Assembly: GCA_050256555.1 (NCBI GenBank) | Contig: JBBWWC010000145.1 | Location: 1 to 38,625 of the forward strand | Source of the DNA: Planctomycetota bacterium | GTDB taxonomy: Bacteria > Planctomycetota > UBA8108 > UBA1146 | DNA length: 38,625 nucleotides | Direction: 5' to 3' | Shown: piece by piece, positions 1-8,518 of the stretch | Layout of the letters: each line of letters starts with the position of its first letter | Position numbering within the stretch: the stretch's first letter is position 1 | Translations under genes and position numbers: made by a program | Notes under the pieces: model-generated | The model's database searches: none | Seen by the model: the letters and a program-made list of their open reading frames with translations, nothing else | What the model was told of the DNA's origin: nothing

Positions 1-1010
1 GAAAGGCTCTCTTCAAACTCCGCATCTGATTCACCAGGGAAACCAACAATGAAATCGGTCGCCAGGGTAATATCCGGCATCTTTTCTCGTAGTCGTTCAA
101 TCACATGAAGATAAAAGGACCTGTCATAGGTTCGCTTCATCCTGGCAAGTACTGAATCGCTTCCCGATTGGACCGGGAGATGCAGGTAATCCATCACCTT
201 CGAGCAATCCGCCATCGACTGAATCAACTTGGGACGCAGAAAACGTGGATGTGACGTGATGAAGTGACAGCGCTCGATCCCATCGATCTCTTCCACGCCG
301 CGCAGTAACGTATCGAGACCGATACCTGCGCCCAGCCGTTTACCATAGGAGTTCACCGTCTGACCGAGGAAGGTGATCTCTCTGACACCGGTATCAGCGA
401 GACGTCGAACCTCGTCCAGGATCACTTCAGGAGGTCTCGAAACTTCCTTGCCTCTGGTGGTCGGAACGATGCAATAGGTACAAACCATATCGCAGCCGCG
501 CATCACCGAGACAAAGGCATGCCAGGGATTGGGGCCAAGGTTTCTCTGGCGAACAAATTCTAGTGGTGAATCCATCTCGGTGGCCAGTAGCGCATTGCGA
601 GATCCGCGCGCTTCCTCGATCAACTCTGGCAACCGATCAAATTCTCGCGTACCGATGATGAGATCAATCCAGGGAGCACGTTCGGTGAGTTCGTCTTGCT
701 TGTGCTGCGCCACGCAGCCAGTCAGTCCGAGAACCAATTCTGGTTCTTCTTTTTTCCGTCTCTTGAAACTGGTCATTCTCATCACAGCACGCTCTTCGGC
801 TTGCTCACGAACTGAACAGGTATTGTAAAGAATCACCCCTGCATCTTCAGGGTCATGAACCAGCTGGTACCCTTTCTGCATCAATCCTTCGAGCATCAAT
901 TCTGCATCCAGCTTGTTCATCTGGCAGCCAAAGACCTCAAAATAGACCTTCCGCGCCTTGGGTACATCGGTAGCCACCGGCTCCAGTTGCATCGGATACG
1001 TTAGCTTCAT
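1..1010 (-). CDS. miaB: tRNA-i6A37 methylthiotransferase MiaB (radical SAM), 3' end runs off the window
   Basis: Manual translation of the minus strand: VYFEVFGCQMNKLDAE (MTTase N-terminus), MRGCDMVCTYC (CxxxCxxC) and TDFIVGFPGES. ATG at 1010; alternative in-frame TTG at 1028 after AGGAGG. Absent from the ORF track because there is no stop in the window. Confidence 0.93.
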   Translation of the reverse strand, partial: MKLTYPMQLEPVATDVPKARKVYFEVFGCQMNKLDAELMLEGLMQKGYQLVHDPEDAGVILYNTCSVREQAEERAVMRMTSFKRRKKEEPELVLGLTGCVAQHKQDELTERAPWIDLIIGTREFDRLPELIEEARGSRNALLATEMDSPLEFVRQRNLGPNPWHAFVSVMRGCDMVCTYCIVPTTRGKEVSRPPEVILDEVRRLADTGVREITFLGQTVNSYGKRLGAGIGLDTLLRGVEEIDGIERCHFITSHPRFLRPKLIQSMADCSKVMDYLHLPVQSGSDSVLARMKRTYDRSFYLHVIERLREKMPDITLATDFIVGFPGESDAEFEESL

Positions 1011-1125
1011 TGGGTATGCTGGCTTCAAATGTCCTCCTGAGAACAACTTTCGAAACAGACTCGACCCGGATGGTAGGAATCGAACAGTTGCAGGTCAATA
1101 TGACCCTCAATATGTCCCGGTAGCT

Positions 1126-2757
1126 TCAACGAGATTGCCAGGGAGACAGATAACCAAACAATAGCCTCACCAGCAGGAACCCGACCACCAGCGCACTAAA
1201 AAGAGCCAGCCAGGGCAAATCAGAAACCAGGAAAATAGCCAAACAAATCAACATCGCAGCGGCCAGAACTCCCTCAACGATACGCCGGCTGGCCCCGTCG
1301 ACTCGATTCGCTAGCCGATCCATACCCACAATCTCTGATTCGACGCGAAGCCTTCCACGAGTGGCCCGCCGCAGGGCATCCGAGATGAGATCCGGCAATT
1401 CGCCGAGCGTCTCGACTCCATCGAGAGCCTGATCGGCGGTCCGCCGAAGAATCCCCTCTGCACCCCCTTGCTCCTGCATCAACTCCAATAGCAACGGTTC
1501 CAGTTCACTGGCGGTGTCAAAACCGGGATCTAGTTTTTCCGTCAAGCCTTCGAGTAGAACCAACGATCGAGTCATACGGACAAATCCGGGAGCAATTTCA
1601 ATCCTGTGTTCAGTAGAAATATCGATGATGCTCTTCAATAGAGCCGGAAGATCGACATCGGAGATCTTCAATCCCACATAAGGATCCAGCCTGTTGGCAA
1701 TCGATTGAGTCAAGGCGAAGGTATCAGCATCTCCATGACAGTAACCAACATGTAACACCTGCTGTGCCAGCTCTTCATAATCCCTCTCGACGAGAGCCTT
1801 GAGCATCTTTGAAAGACGCCAACGAAGTTCCTTGGTCAGAAGACCTGTGAGACCGAAGTCAATCCAGCAAAGACGACCATCAGGCTGAAGAATCACATTG
1901 GAAGGATGGGGATCTCCATGAAACTGGCCATGACGAAAAATCATGGTGAAGAGTGATCGAGCACATCGTCGCACCACTTCTCTTCTATTTTCTCCACCGA
2001 GTTCTGCATGACCCAGTGGGATTCCATCGATCCAGTCCATCACCAGTACTTCACGGCTAGAAACTGAAGCATGGGTACCGGGAATGACAATCTCATCGTT
2101 GCCTTCGAAGGCGAGGCGAATCCGATCGATGGCATTTCTCTCGAAGTTGAAGTTGATCTCATTCTCAAGCGCATGCCGTAACTCTCGCACCACTCCATTG
2201 GGATCAAATCCTCCCGACTCGGGTTGTCGGGCAAGGGCTTCGGCAAATTGATCAAGCAATCCCATATCACGCTGGATGAGTTTCTCGATGCCCGGTTTAC
2301 GAACCTTGATGGCCACCCGGTGGCCATCCAGTGTCATCCCGCGATAGACCTGTGCAATCGAGGCACTGGCAATCGGCTGCTCATCGATCTGTCGAAAACA
2401 ATCGGACAGGCTCCTTCCGAGGGAGCTTTCCACCACTTCCTTGATTTCAGAAAATGGAATCGGATCAACATCGTCTCGGAGTCGCTCCATCTCTTTCACC
2501 AGATGAGAAGGAAAGACATCTGGACGACTTGCGATCAACTGCCCCAGCTTGATGTAAAGTGGGCCAAGTTCTTGTAGAGCAAGACGAAGTCTGCGAGGAA
2601 AAGAACTCTCGGATCTCGCTCCCCCACCAAACAGGCGGACTCGAACTCCCGACCCTAACCGGGAGGCCAAATCACCCAGCCCGTGTCGAGCCATGATCAA
2701 GGAGATATCCTTGAGTCGCGGTAAATTACGTAGAGCGCGCAGAGGTTTCACCACCAC
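1126..2757 (-). CDS. ubiB: UbiB/ABC1 family atypical protein kinase
   Basis: LGPLYIKLGQ, PIASASIAQVY, VAIKVRKPGI, FHGDPHPSN and WIDFG motifs; C-terminal TM helices. Confidence 0.9.
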   Translation of the reverse strand: MVVKPLRALRNLPRLKDISLIMARHGLGDLASRLGSGVRVRLFGGGARSESSFPRRLRLALQELGPLYIKLGQLIASRPDVFPSHLVKEMERLRDDVDPIPFSEIKEVVESSLGRSLSDCFRQIDEQPIASASIAQVYRGMTLDGHRVAIKVRKPGIEKLIQRDMGLLDQFAEALARQPESGGFDPNGVVRELRHALENEINFNFERNAIDRIRLAFEGNDEIVIPGTHASVSSREVLVMDWIDGIPLGHAELGGENRREVVRRCARSLFTMIFRHGQFHGDPHPSNVILQPDGRLCWIDFGLTGLLTKELRWRLSKMLKALVERDYEELAQQVLHVGYCHGDADTFALTQSIANRLDPYVGLKISDVDLPALLKSIIDISTEHRIEIAPGFVRMTRSLVLLEGLTEKLDPGFDTASELEPLLLELMQEQGGAEGILRRTADQALDGVETLGELPDLISDALRRATRGRLRVESEIVGMDRLANRVDGASRRIVEGVLAAAMLICLAIFLVSDLPWLALFSALVVGFLLVRLLFGYLSPWQSR

Positions 2758-2763
2758 AATCTC

Positions 2764-3099
2764 CTACTCAGATCCAATGCGCCTCTCCAGCTTCGCCACA
2801 CGAGCGATGAGCTGGTCTAAATCTTCGCGACTAACAGGGGCTACTTTTTGAATACGTTGCAAGAGATCATCAGAAATGCTTTTCGCTGAACTGGACTCTT
2901 CGCTCTGACTCGAGTTCTGCGATGAGCGAGATGCGCCAGAAGAAGAGGTGCTGTTTTTCCAGGCCTCGAGAACCGCCTCTGCTTGCTCGCGCGAAATGGT
3001 TCCATCTTCCACGAGACCATCCACGGCGGTGCTCAAGCCAGATCGAGCTCGCTCGATGGCATCGATCCCGGCATGGATCCATTGACGTACCGCATCCAA
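2764..3099 (-). CDS. Phasin/PhaF-like small helical protein
   Basis: Pattern 'VDGLVEDGTISREQA...VSREDLDQLIARVAKLE' typical of phasin-like proteins found upstream of ubiB; GAGGAGG RBS before TTG; Ser-rich linker. Confidence 0.7.
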   Translation of the reverse strand: MDAVRQWIHAGIDAIERARSGLSTAVDGLVEDGTISREQAEAVLEAWKNSTSSSGASRSSQNSSQSEESSSAKSISDDLLQRIQKVAPVSREDLDQLIARVAKLERRIGSE

Positions 3100-3184
3100 G
3101 AGAGAACCTCCTCACTTTCTGTCGGTCCGTCATCGTAGCGGATCGATCAGGAGTGATCGAGAAGCGGTCTCTTTGTCGATGGGT

Positions 3185-3221
3185 AAAAAAATAGGGAGTC
3201 CGTTGAGAATCAACGGACTCC
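3185..3221 (-). terminator. Rho-independent terminator
   Basis: Perfect 12-bp stem GGAGTCCGTTGA-TTC-TCAACGGACTCC followed by CTATTTTTTT on the minus strand. Confidence 0.85.
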
Positions 3222-3275
3222 GCGGGAAAGGGGGGGGAGTGCAATTTGTAAGAAGCCCTGTTCAAAAGCGCTTCG
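3185..3275 (-). ncRNA. Candidate sigma54-dependent small RNA (~90 nt)
   Basis: Lies between a -24/-12 promoter and a terminator; 5' hairpin GAAGC...GCTTC (3274-3252); C-rich linker ACTCCCCCCCCTTTCCC; no credible ORF. Confidence 0.5.
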
Positions 3276-3285
3276 GAAGTACCTA

Positions 3286-3302
3286 TGCAACCGCTGGGCC
3301 AA
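3286..3302 (-). promoter_or_regulatory. sigma54 (-24/-12) promoter
   Basis: Minus strand TTGGCCCAGCGGTTGCA: GG-N10-GC, one mismatch to TGGCAC-N5-TTGCW. An AT-rich IHF-like segment lies upstream (~3329-3353). Confidence 0.65.
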
Positions 3303-3446
3303 CCAACCGAAATCCGCACGAAATGTCATAATTGCTTGTATTGAAGTAGGTTACAAAAGGAGGGCCAGCTCCCACTCATGCCAAACAGCACGGCAGTATT
3401 TACAAGGTAGGAATAATTTACGGGACCAAATTTCCGACCTGGTGGA

Positions 3447-4532
3447 CTACTGGCGAGCCGAATCCATCACGACCGCAAGGGCATCGAGGGCTTCCCTGAG
3501 CTGATCCACCGGCAGACCAAAGCCGATCCGGATGTGATCCGGAGCGCCGAAAAGGTAGCCGGGGGTCAAATTCACACCGTTTCCCAGACACATTTGCCGG
3601 AATTCATCACCATCGATACCGCTGTCACAAGGCACCCGAGGAAAGCAAACCAGACCACCATCCGGAACCACCAGCGACATCGGTTGGTCTTCCAGCCAGG
3701 AACTAAAAACCGCCCAACCTTCTGTGGCAAACTTTCGACCTCGCTGACGAAGCGGCTCCCATCTCTTGATCGCAGCGCGAGCCACTTGATCGGTCAAACA
3801 TGAGTTGTGAATAGTGGTCGAATCAAAAATACAACGCGCGCGTTCCACCAGCTCCGGAGTCGCCATCCCCCACCCAAATCTGATCTGTGAAATTCCATGC
3901 ACCTTATTCAGACCTCCGATGCTCACGATCGATGGGTGGCGTCGTGAAATCGGTCCAGGATCCGGATCAAGAAACGGTCGATACATCTCATCGACAATGA
4001 CATGGCAATCTAAATCCTGACACAGTGCCGCAATCCCTTGCTCCTCTTCGACAGAAAGCTTCACCCCACTAGGATTGTGCAAATTGGTCAGCAACAATAA
4101 TTGTGCATCGTGTTCATGAATGATTGTGCCCAGCTGCTCGAGGTCGATGCGATATCCTTCCTCGAATTTGCGAGCAAAGGGAACTGTTTTCACACCCTGC
4201 ATCGATAAGGCATTGACGACCGGAAGATAGCCAGGCATCTCATGTACCACGGTTGCCCCTGGTCCTGCCAACGCCGATGCAAAACAGAAGTGCGCATGTG
4301 AAGCACTCGAAGCGAGAAGAATCCCCTCGGGATCAAGATCCCAGGTCTTTGCCAACGTATCCATCACTTCAGGCGGACCATAAGGCGTGAATTCGAACAG
4401 TTCGAGACTTCCTGGATCTAGATCGATGTCTTGCCAGCTAACCGGTGGGACAGCGCTCATCGTGAGCTTGTGCTTTCCTAGCTGTCCCTCCGATTTTGCC
4501 CATCGGATATAGGGGACTCTGGAGAGTTCCAT
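3447..4532 (-). CDS. PLP-dependent aminotransferase class I/II
   Basis: TNLHNPSG, VIVDEMY, GGLNK (PLP lysine), IRFGW and HIRIGFG. Start placed at MELSRVPY (4532) after a purine-rich RBS; the ORF track extends to 4625. Confidence 0.88.
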   Translation of the reverse strand: MELSRVPYIRWAKSEGQLGKHKLTMSAVPPVSWQDIDLDPGSLELFEFTPYGPPEVMDTLAKTWDLDPEGILLASSASHAHFCFASALAGPGATVVHEMPGYLPVVNALSMQGVKTVPFARKFEEGYRIDLEQLGTIIHEHDAQLLLLTNLHNPSGVKLSVEEEQGIAALCQDLDCHVIVDEMYRPFLDPDPGPISRRHPSIVSIGGLNKVHGISQIRFGWGMATPELVERARCIFDSTTIHNSCLTDQVARAAIKRWEPLRQRGRKFATEGWAVFSSWLEDQPMSLVVPDGGLVCFPRVPCDSGIDGDEFRQMCLGNGVNLTPGYLFGAPDHIRIGFGLPVDQLREALDALAVVMDSARQ

Positions 4533-5479
4533 TCCTCTTCCTCTCTCATCTTTTGCAAACGGACTCGTCGGCGAAATCTTTGATTCAATGCCGCAATGAT
4601 CACCAGAATCGCAAGACCTTTCCACGACAGAATGAACTCGAGAAGAAGTCCGAGAAAAACCTGCGAATCGGCAAGTTCACGTCTCCACTGTTCTGTCGCT
4701 TCCTCGATGGAAAGTCCGGAAACCTGCTCAAATCCTGCTTCCCAGCGAGTTCCTGCCAAACATTTTTCAAGGATTCTGGCATGAAGATTCTCACCCCAAC
4801 GCTTTCGAGTCCAATCGATAAATAAAAGCGCTTCGGCATAGAGTAACGAAGCTCGGTAATGATCTTCTGGAAGATACTGATCAAGATCGGTGATCGGAAC
4901 CAATGCATCACTACGCGCCAGAAGAATCAAGGCTCTACGGGTCGAAGGTTCAGGTCTCTGATGAGCCACGGATTGCGCTATTCCCTCGTGAACCCAGCGC
5001 GGCAAAACACCACCGGCTTCTGCCAGGACCAGATGGGCCAGTTCATGAACAACGGTAGCGTTACCCCTGGATGGCTGTCGAACCAGATGGAACGCATCGA
5101 TGATGGCGATTCCTTTGCCGGTCAAGGCCACCGCAGGAACCCACTGCGGAACTGTTTTGGAACCGAGTTCCTTGAGCGCATTATTGAGCCCAACGTGTCC
5201 ATGGACCAGAACCAGCAATGGACGGCGTGGAGAAACAGATCCAAGCCAGACTCTCAGTTCAAACAGAGCCTTCTCGACCCGACTCTGAAGAGCGTCTGAG
5301 GGATCATTCACTCCGGGAGCTACCGCCCAATCGACAGTAGAGTTCTCGATGCGTCGGTATTTCTCCAACGCGTCTTGCTGGGCTGCCAAAGAAGATTTGG
5401 TACCCACGCACAACACCAGCAGAAAGACACTGGCGATGAACCACAGAGAAAATCGTGTTGTCGAAAAATCTCGGTACAC
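4478..5479 (-). CDS. Peptidase MA-like (gluzincin-type) membrane-anchored metallopeptidase
   Basis: HELAH plus PRWVHEGIAQ third-ligand motif; N-terminal signal-like hydrophobic stretch; C-terminal TM followed by a basic tail; GTG at 5479 after AAGGAG. Confidence 0.8.
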   Translation of the reverse strand: MYRDFSTTRFSLWFIASVFLLVLCVGTKSSLAAQQDALEKYRRIENSTVDWAVAPGVNDPSDALQSRVEKALFELRVWLGSVSPRRPLLVLVHGHVGLNNALKELGSKTVPQWVPAVALTGKGIAIIDAFHLVRQPSRGNATVVHELAHLVLAEAGGVLPRWVHEGIAQSVAHQRPEPSTRRALILLARSDALVPITDLDQYLPEDHYRASLLYAEALLFIDWTRKRWGENLHARILEKCLAGTRWEAGFEQVSGLSIEEATEQWRRELADSQVFLGLLLEFILSWKGLAILVIIAALNQRFRRRVRLQKMREEEEWNSPESPISDGQNRRDS

Positions 5480-5494
5480 GTTTCTCCTTGATAC

Positions 5495-5527
5495 AAAAAA
5501 AGGCGTGGGATCAATGATCCCACGCCT
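5495..5527 (-). terminator. Rho-independent terminator closing the actin-like module
   Basis: Perfect 12-bp stem AGGCGTGGGATC-ATT-GATCCCACGCCT followed by a T-run on the minus strand, ~30 nt after the stop at 5557. Confidence 0.85.
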
Positions 5528-5556
5528 CCCATGATCCAATTTGTATCGTCGAAACG

Positions 5557-6750
5557 CTAGGCACTCTCGGAAAGAGCAGCAACCAAGCATCCCTTGGAAA
5601 CGCTATACAGCGGATCCTCGGCAAGACGGATCTCTTTGATCTCAAGCGGGAACTGAATCTTCTCGAACTCCTGCTGGAAGACTTCAGTAAAGCCGCCAAT
5701 CATGCTCGTTCCACCAGCACAGACAATGCTCACTGGCTCCGGGAAACGAGGCATAGAGGAAGAAGACTCGAAACGTTCCTTGATATTCTTGAGTGTGTAG
5801 GAGATCAGGTTGCGGTAGTAAATCTCGACCGCTTCTTCATCGCGCCCCTGCGGATTGGCGAGATCGATCCCCTTCTCCTTCAACCCGCATGCGCGAGAGG
5901 AGCTGATTCCAAGTACGTTGGCCACGTTGCGATCGATCCAATCGCCACCACGTGTGGTCGAGAAGGAAAGCGCCGGAATCGACTTGTACGCAACGCAAAC
6001 GTTGAACATTCCACCACCACAGGAGATCCCGATGCCGGTGAAATCATCTTCGGCAAGCTCGGAGAAGACCACAGCGTGACCTTCCACCAGCGGCTTGGGC
6101 TCGTATCCAAGCCCCTTCAGCAATCCGCCAAAAACGCCCTGGTGATAAACAACATTCATATCCGCATCGATGGGATCAGCAGGAACAGAGAAGTAGCAGT
6201 TCTCACCCTGTTGCTTCGGCTTACCGAGCAGGGTCTCGAGAAGCATCTTCTCGATCGGAAGAGCGTCATTCTCATCCGGACTGATCATGCCGTCCTTCAT
6301 CGGGCGACGAGTGTTTCGATTGAAGATATTCGCGAGCTCAAATGCCGGATCTCCAACGACCACCATGCGATTATTCACCACCACGTACTGAACGCCCAAA
6401 CGGGTCAGCATATTGCGGGTGTAATCATCACAATCGATATCGATGAAAGCATTCCGCTGGATCTTGAGGTTCACGTTACCCGTGCCGTCCTGGAAGGAAG
6501 ACACGAGATTTGCAGTACCCACATCCAGTCCACGTCCCAACGAAACTCCAACAGTCGACTGATCCGAAACAGTGGCCTCAGCAGCAACAACCGGAACATC
6601 CGCATTACCTTTGGGCGGATAATTGACTGCATTGAGTGCGTTTGCTTCCTCGACACCGAAAACAACATCTTTTTTCTGGTCCTTGCCTGCTTTCGCAGCG
6701 GAACCCTTATTCTCGAAGTTGTCACGGGCGTAATCTGCGTAATCTCCCAT
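5557..6750 (-). CDS. Actin-fold (ASKHA) ATPase, volactin-like
   Basis: Phosphate-1 GLDVGTANL, connect-1 LVEGHAV, phosphate-2 GIGISCGGGMFNV, RGGDWID, adenosine CAGGTS and connect-2 DPLYSVSKGCLVAA. The FANIFNR-like/TRRPM and PADPID segments match haloarchaeal volactin as I recall it. Confidence 0.85.
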   Translation of the reverse strand: MGDYADYARDNFENKGSAAKAGKDQKKDVVFGVEEANALNAVNYPPKGNADVPVVAAEATVSDQSTVGVSLGRGLDVGTANLVSSFQDGTGNVNLKIQRNAFIDIDCDDYTRNMLTRLGVQYVVVNNRMVVVGDPAFELANIFNRNTRRPMKDGMISPDENDALPIEKMLLETLLGKPKQQGENCYFSVPADPIDADMNVVYHQGVFGGLLKGLGYEPKPLVEGHAVVFSELAEDDFTGIGISCGGGMFNVCVAYKSIPALSFSTTRGGDWIDRNVANVLGISSSRACGLKEKGIDLANPQGRDEEAVEIYYRNLISYTLKNIKERFESSSSMPRFPEPVSIVCAGGTSMIGGFTEVFQQEFEKIQFPLEIKEIRLAEDPLYSVSKGCLVAALSESA

Positions 6751-6756
6751 GCCCCG

Positions 6757-7389
6757 TTACTCCGTTTCTTTCTGGAGGCCTCGCAATTTTGCCAGATTGG
6801 CTGCGATTCCTCCCGCTTTCGCGTTTTTCACCTCGACCTGGCCGAGGTTATTTTCCAATTCTTCGCCCGACGACTTTGAATAGAGCGCGACAAGCGCCTC
6901 TTCAGACGGGACATCTTCTACTTTTATTGGGGCTCCGCTGGTGCCATGTGCCACCTTGCTGGTCAGAGCATCGATACTCTTGCGAATACCATCGATCTGA
7001 TCGCCGGTTGCATTGGCGGGCTCGGGCTGAGCGTCTGCCAGGGCTTCCTTCACCACGGAGCGAAGCTCGTCCGTGTCCAAGGACTGTCCAGGAGCTTGAT
7101 TTTTCGTGCGTGCCTCCTGGAGTTTTTCTTCCAGGTCGACAGCTTGCGCACGTAACTTCTCGATCCGCTCCTCGTAGCTCTTCTGCTTCTCCACTTGTTC
7201 GGAGTTACGCTTTTTCACCAGACGGGTGAACTCGCTACGAGCTTCTTCACGAATTCTGTCGCAGTCATCATCGTTGATTTCACTGAGACGCTCAGCGACA
7301 ACATTTTCGACAGCTTCATCGATGAGATTGAAAACAGCGGCTTTATCGAGAACCTTGACAGTTCTGTGCCCCCCTGCGTGCGAGTTCAT
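6757..7389 (-). CDS. Coiled-coil hypothetical protein, putative partner of the actin-like ATPase
   Basis: Heptad-rich E/K/Q segment (YEERIEKLRAQAVDLEEKLQEA); short amphipathic C-terminus (GIAANLAKLRGL); stop only 6 nt before the actin ATG. Confidence 0.75.
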   Translation of the reverse strand: MNSHAGGHRTVKVLDKAAVFNLIDEAVENVVAERLSEINDDDCDRIREEARSEFTRLVKKRNSEQVEKQKSYEERIEKLRAQAVDLEEKLQEARTKNQAPGQSLDTDELRSVVKEALADAQPEPANATGDQIDGIRKSIDALTSKVAHGTSGAPIKVEDVPSEEALVALYSKSSGEELENNLGQVEVKNAKAGGIAANLAKLRGLQKETE

Positions 7390-7666
7390 CGATGGCCATG
7401 GTGCTAGTGCGCTTTTTTAATGCGTCAGGCACATCAAATGTATGACTCATCGGCCAACCGTCCTTGTTGGTACGCATTTCCGTTGCTCCCGCGAGAACTA
7501 GAAAAACGCACGCTGGTCGATCGCTGGGATCAACCCGATTACGAAGGCCCCTTGGTAGAGGCCAAGAAGACTAGCATCGGGTTGGAAAAGGCGGCAAATC
7601 GGGTCATCGGAGAGAAATGAGAAATAAGCCCTCAGCGGCGACAGGGCTGCTGTATTGCGAGAATCT

Positions 7667-8371
7667 CTAGCCTTCGGCGTCAATCATCTTTTGCGCATAG
7701 AGACGGATCCGGGACTCCGCGGCCTTACGATCCCTGGTCGAAAGTTTCGCACCATACTGATCCATCATCAGTATCAAAGTCGTCCGAGCCTTGCCGTAAT
7801 CGGCCAGCGCAACGTAAATCTGCTGAAGATCCCAGTATTGCTTTGGATGTTGATAAGCGACGGTCGTATTACGAAGATGGAACTCCATGTCACGTAAAGA
7901 TAAACGAAGCCAGCGATTCGCCTGTGACTTGGCCTCGATCCTGCGCCGTAGCAGATCTTCGTCCGGCTTTAAACCGACCTCTTCCAGAGGCGTGCATTCC
8001 TGATCAAGCATCGCATAAATATACTGATATCCGTCCGCAACACGCTTGCGAATCTCAAATCTCTCAAGACGAGGCTGCAATGAATCAGAACTCAGCTTGA
8101 CCGCTTCATCTAGCAAGCCTGCCGCTTCTTCATAGCGCTCGATACTCTGATGAATACTCTTGGTGTTTTCTGTGTCGACCGTGTCCATGACGTCGCGAAC
8201 GATTCTCGCAGCTTCCTCACGATTCTTGGTAATTTTCTGTGCCGCCTCAATCGCATCGATCTCGCCTGTACGACTCCCTCCTGGATTCACACAACCGATC
8301 GTGACCCCCAATAAAATGAGAACTACGAAGCTTGGTAATCGACGGATCAAACAAATCTTCTGGGCGAACAT
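7667..8371 (-). CDS. Putative lipoprotein with all-helical/TPR-like fold
   Basis: Basic N-region, hydrophobic stretch and lipobox-like VTIGC; TPR-like helices (IYVALADYGKARTTL); ATG at 8371 after GGAGGAG. Confidence 0.65.
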   Translation of the reverse strand: MFAQKICLIRRLPSFVVLILLGVTIGCVNPGGSRTGEIDAIEAAQKITKNREEAARIVRDVMDTVDTENTKSIHQSIERYEEAAGLLDEAVKLSSDSLQPRLERFEIRKRVADGYQYIYAMLDQECTPLEEVGLKPDEDLLRRRIEAKSQANRWLRLSLRDMEFHLRNTTVAYQHPKQYWDLQQIYVALADYGKARTTLILMMDQYGAKLSTRDRKAAESRIRLYAQKMIDAEG

Positions 8372-8518
8372 CAGGGCTCCTCCACAAACCACGGGACCGA
8401 TCAAAGCGCAGACCGTTCTCACTAAAGCGATCGTACAGTTTAGAGTCCCCGACAAATAAGGGAAGACTGATCGACAACCAGATTCTGTCATATCATTTCC
8501 ACCATGTAACAGCTGTGA

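Noticed and set aside
2764-3099. PHA granule system suggested by the phasin-like gene
   Set aside because: No PHA synthase in the window, and phasin-like/ubiB pairing is common.
3230-3237. G8 homopolymer as a phase-variation tract
   Set aside because: Short, intergenic and outside the promoter spacer; better explained as the C-rich linker of the sRNA candidate.
6076-6879. 267-aa plus-strand ORF opposite the actin-like gene
   Set aside because: Antisense shadow with the His/Ile-rich composition expected from the reverse complement of a real gene.
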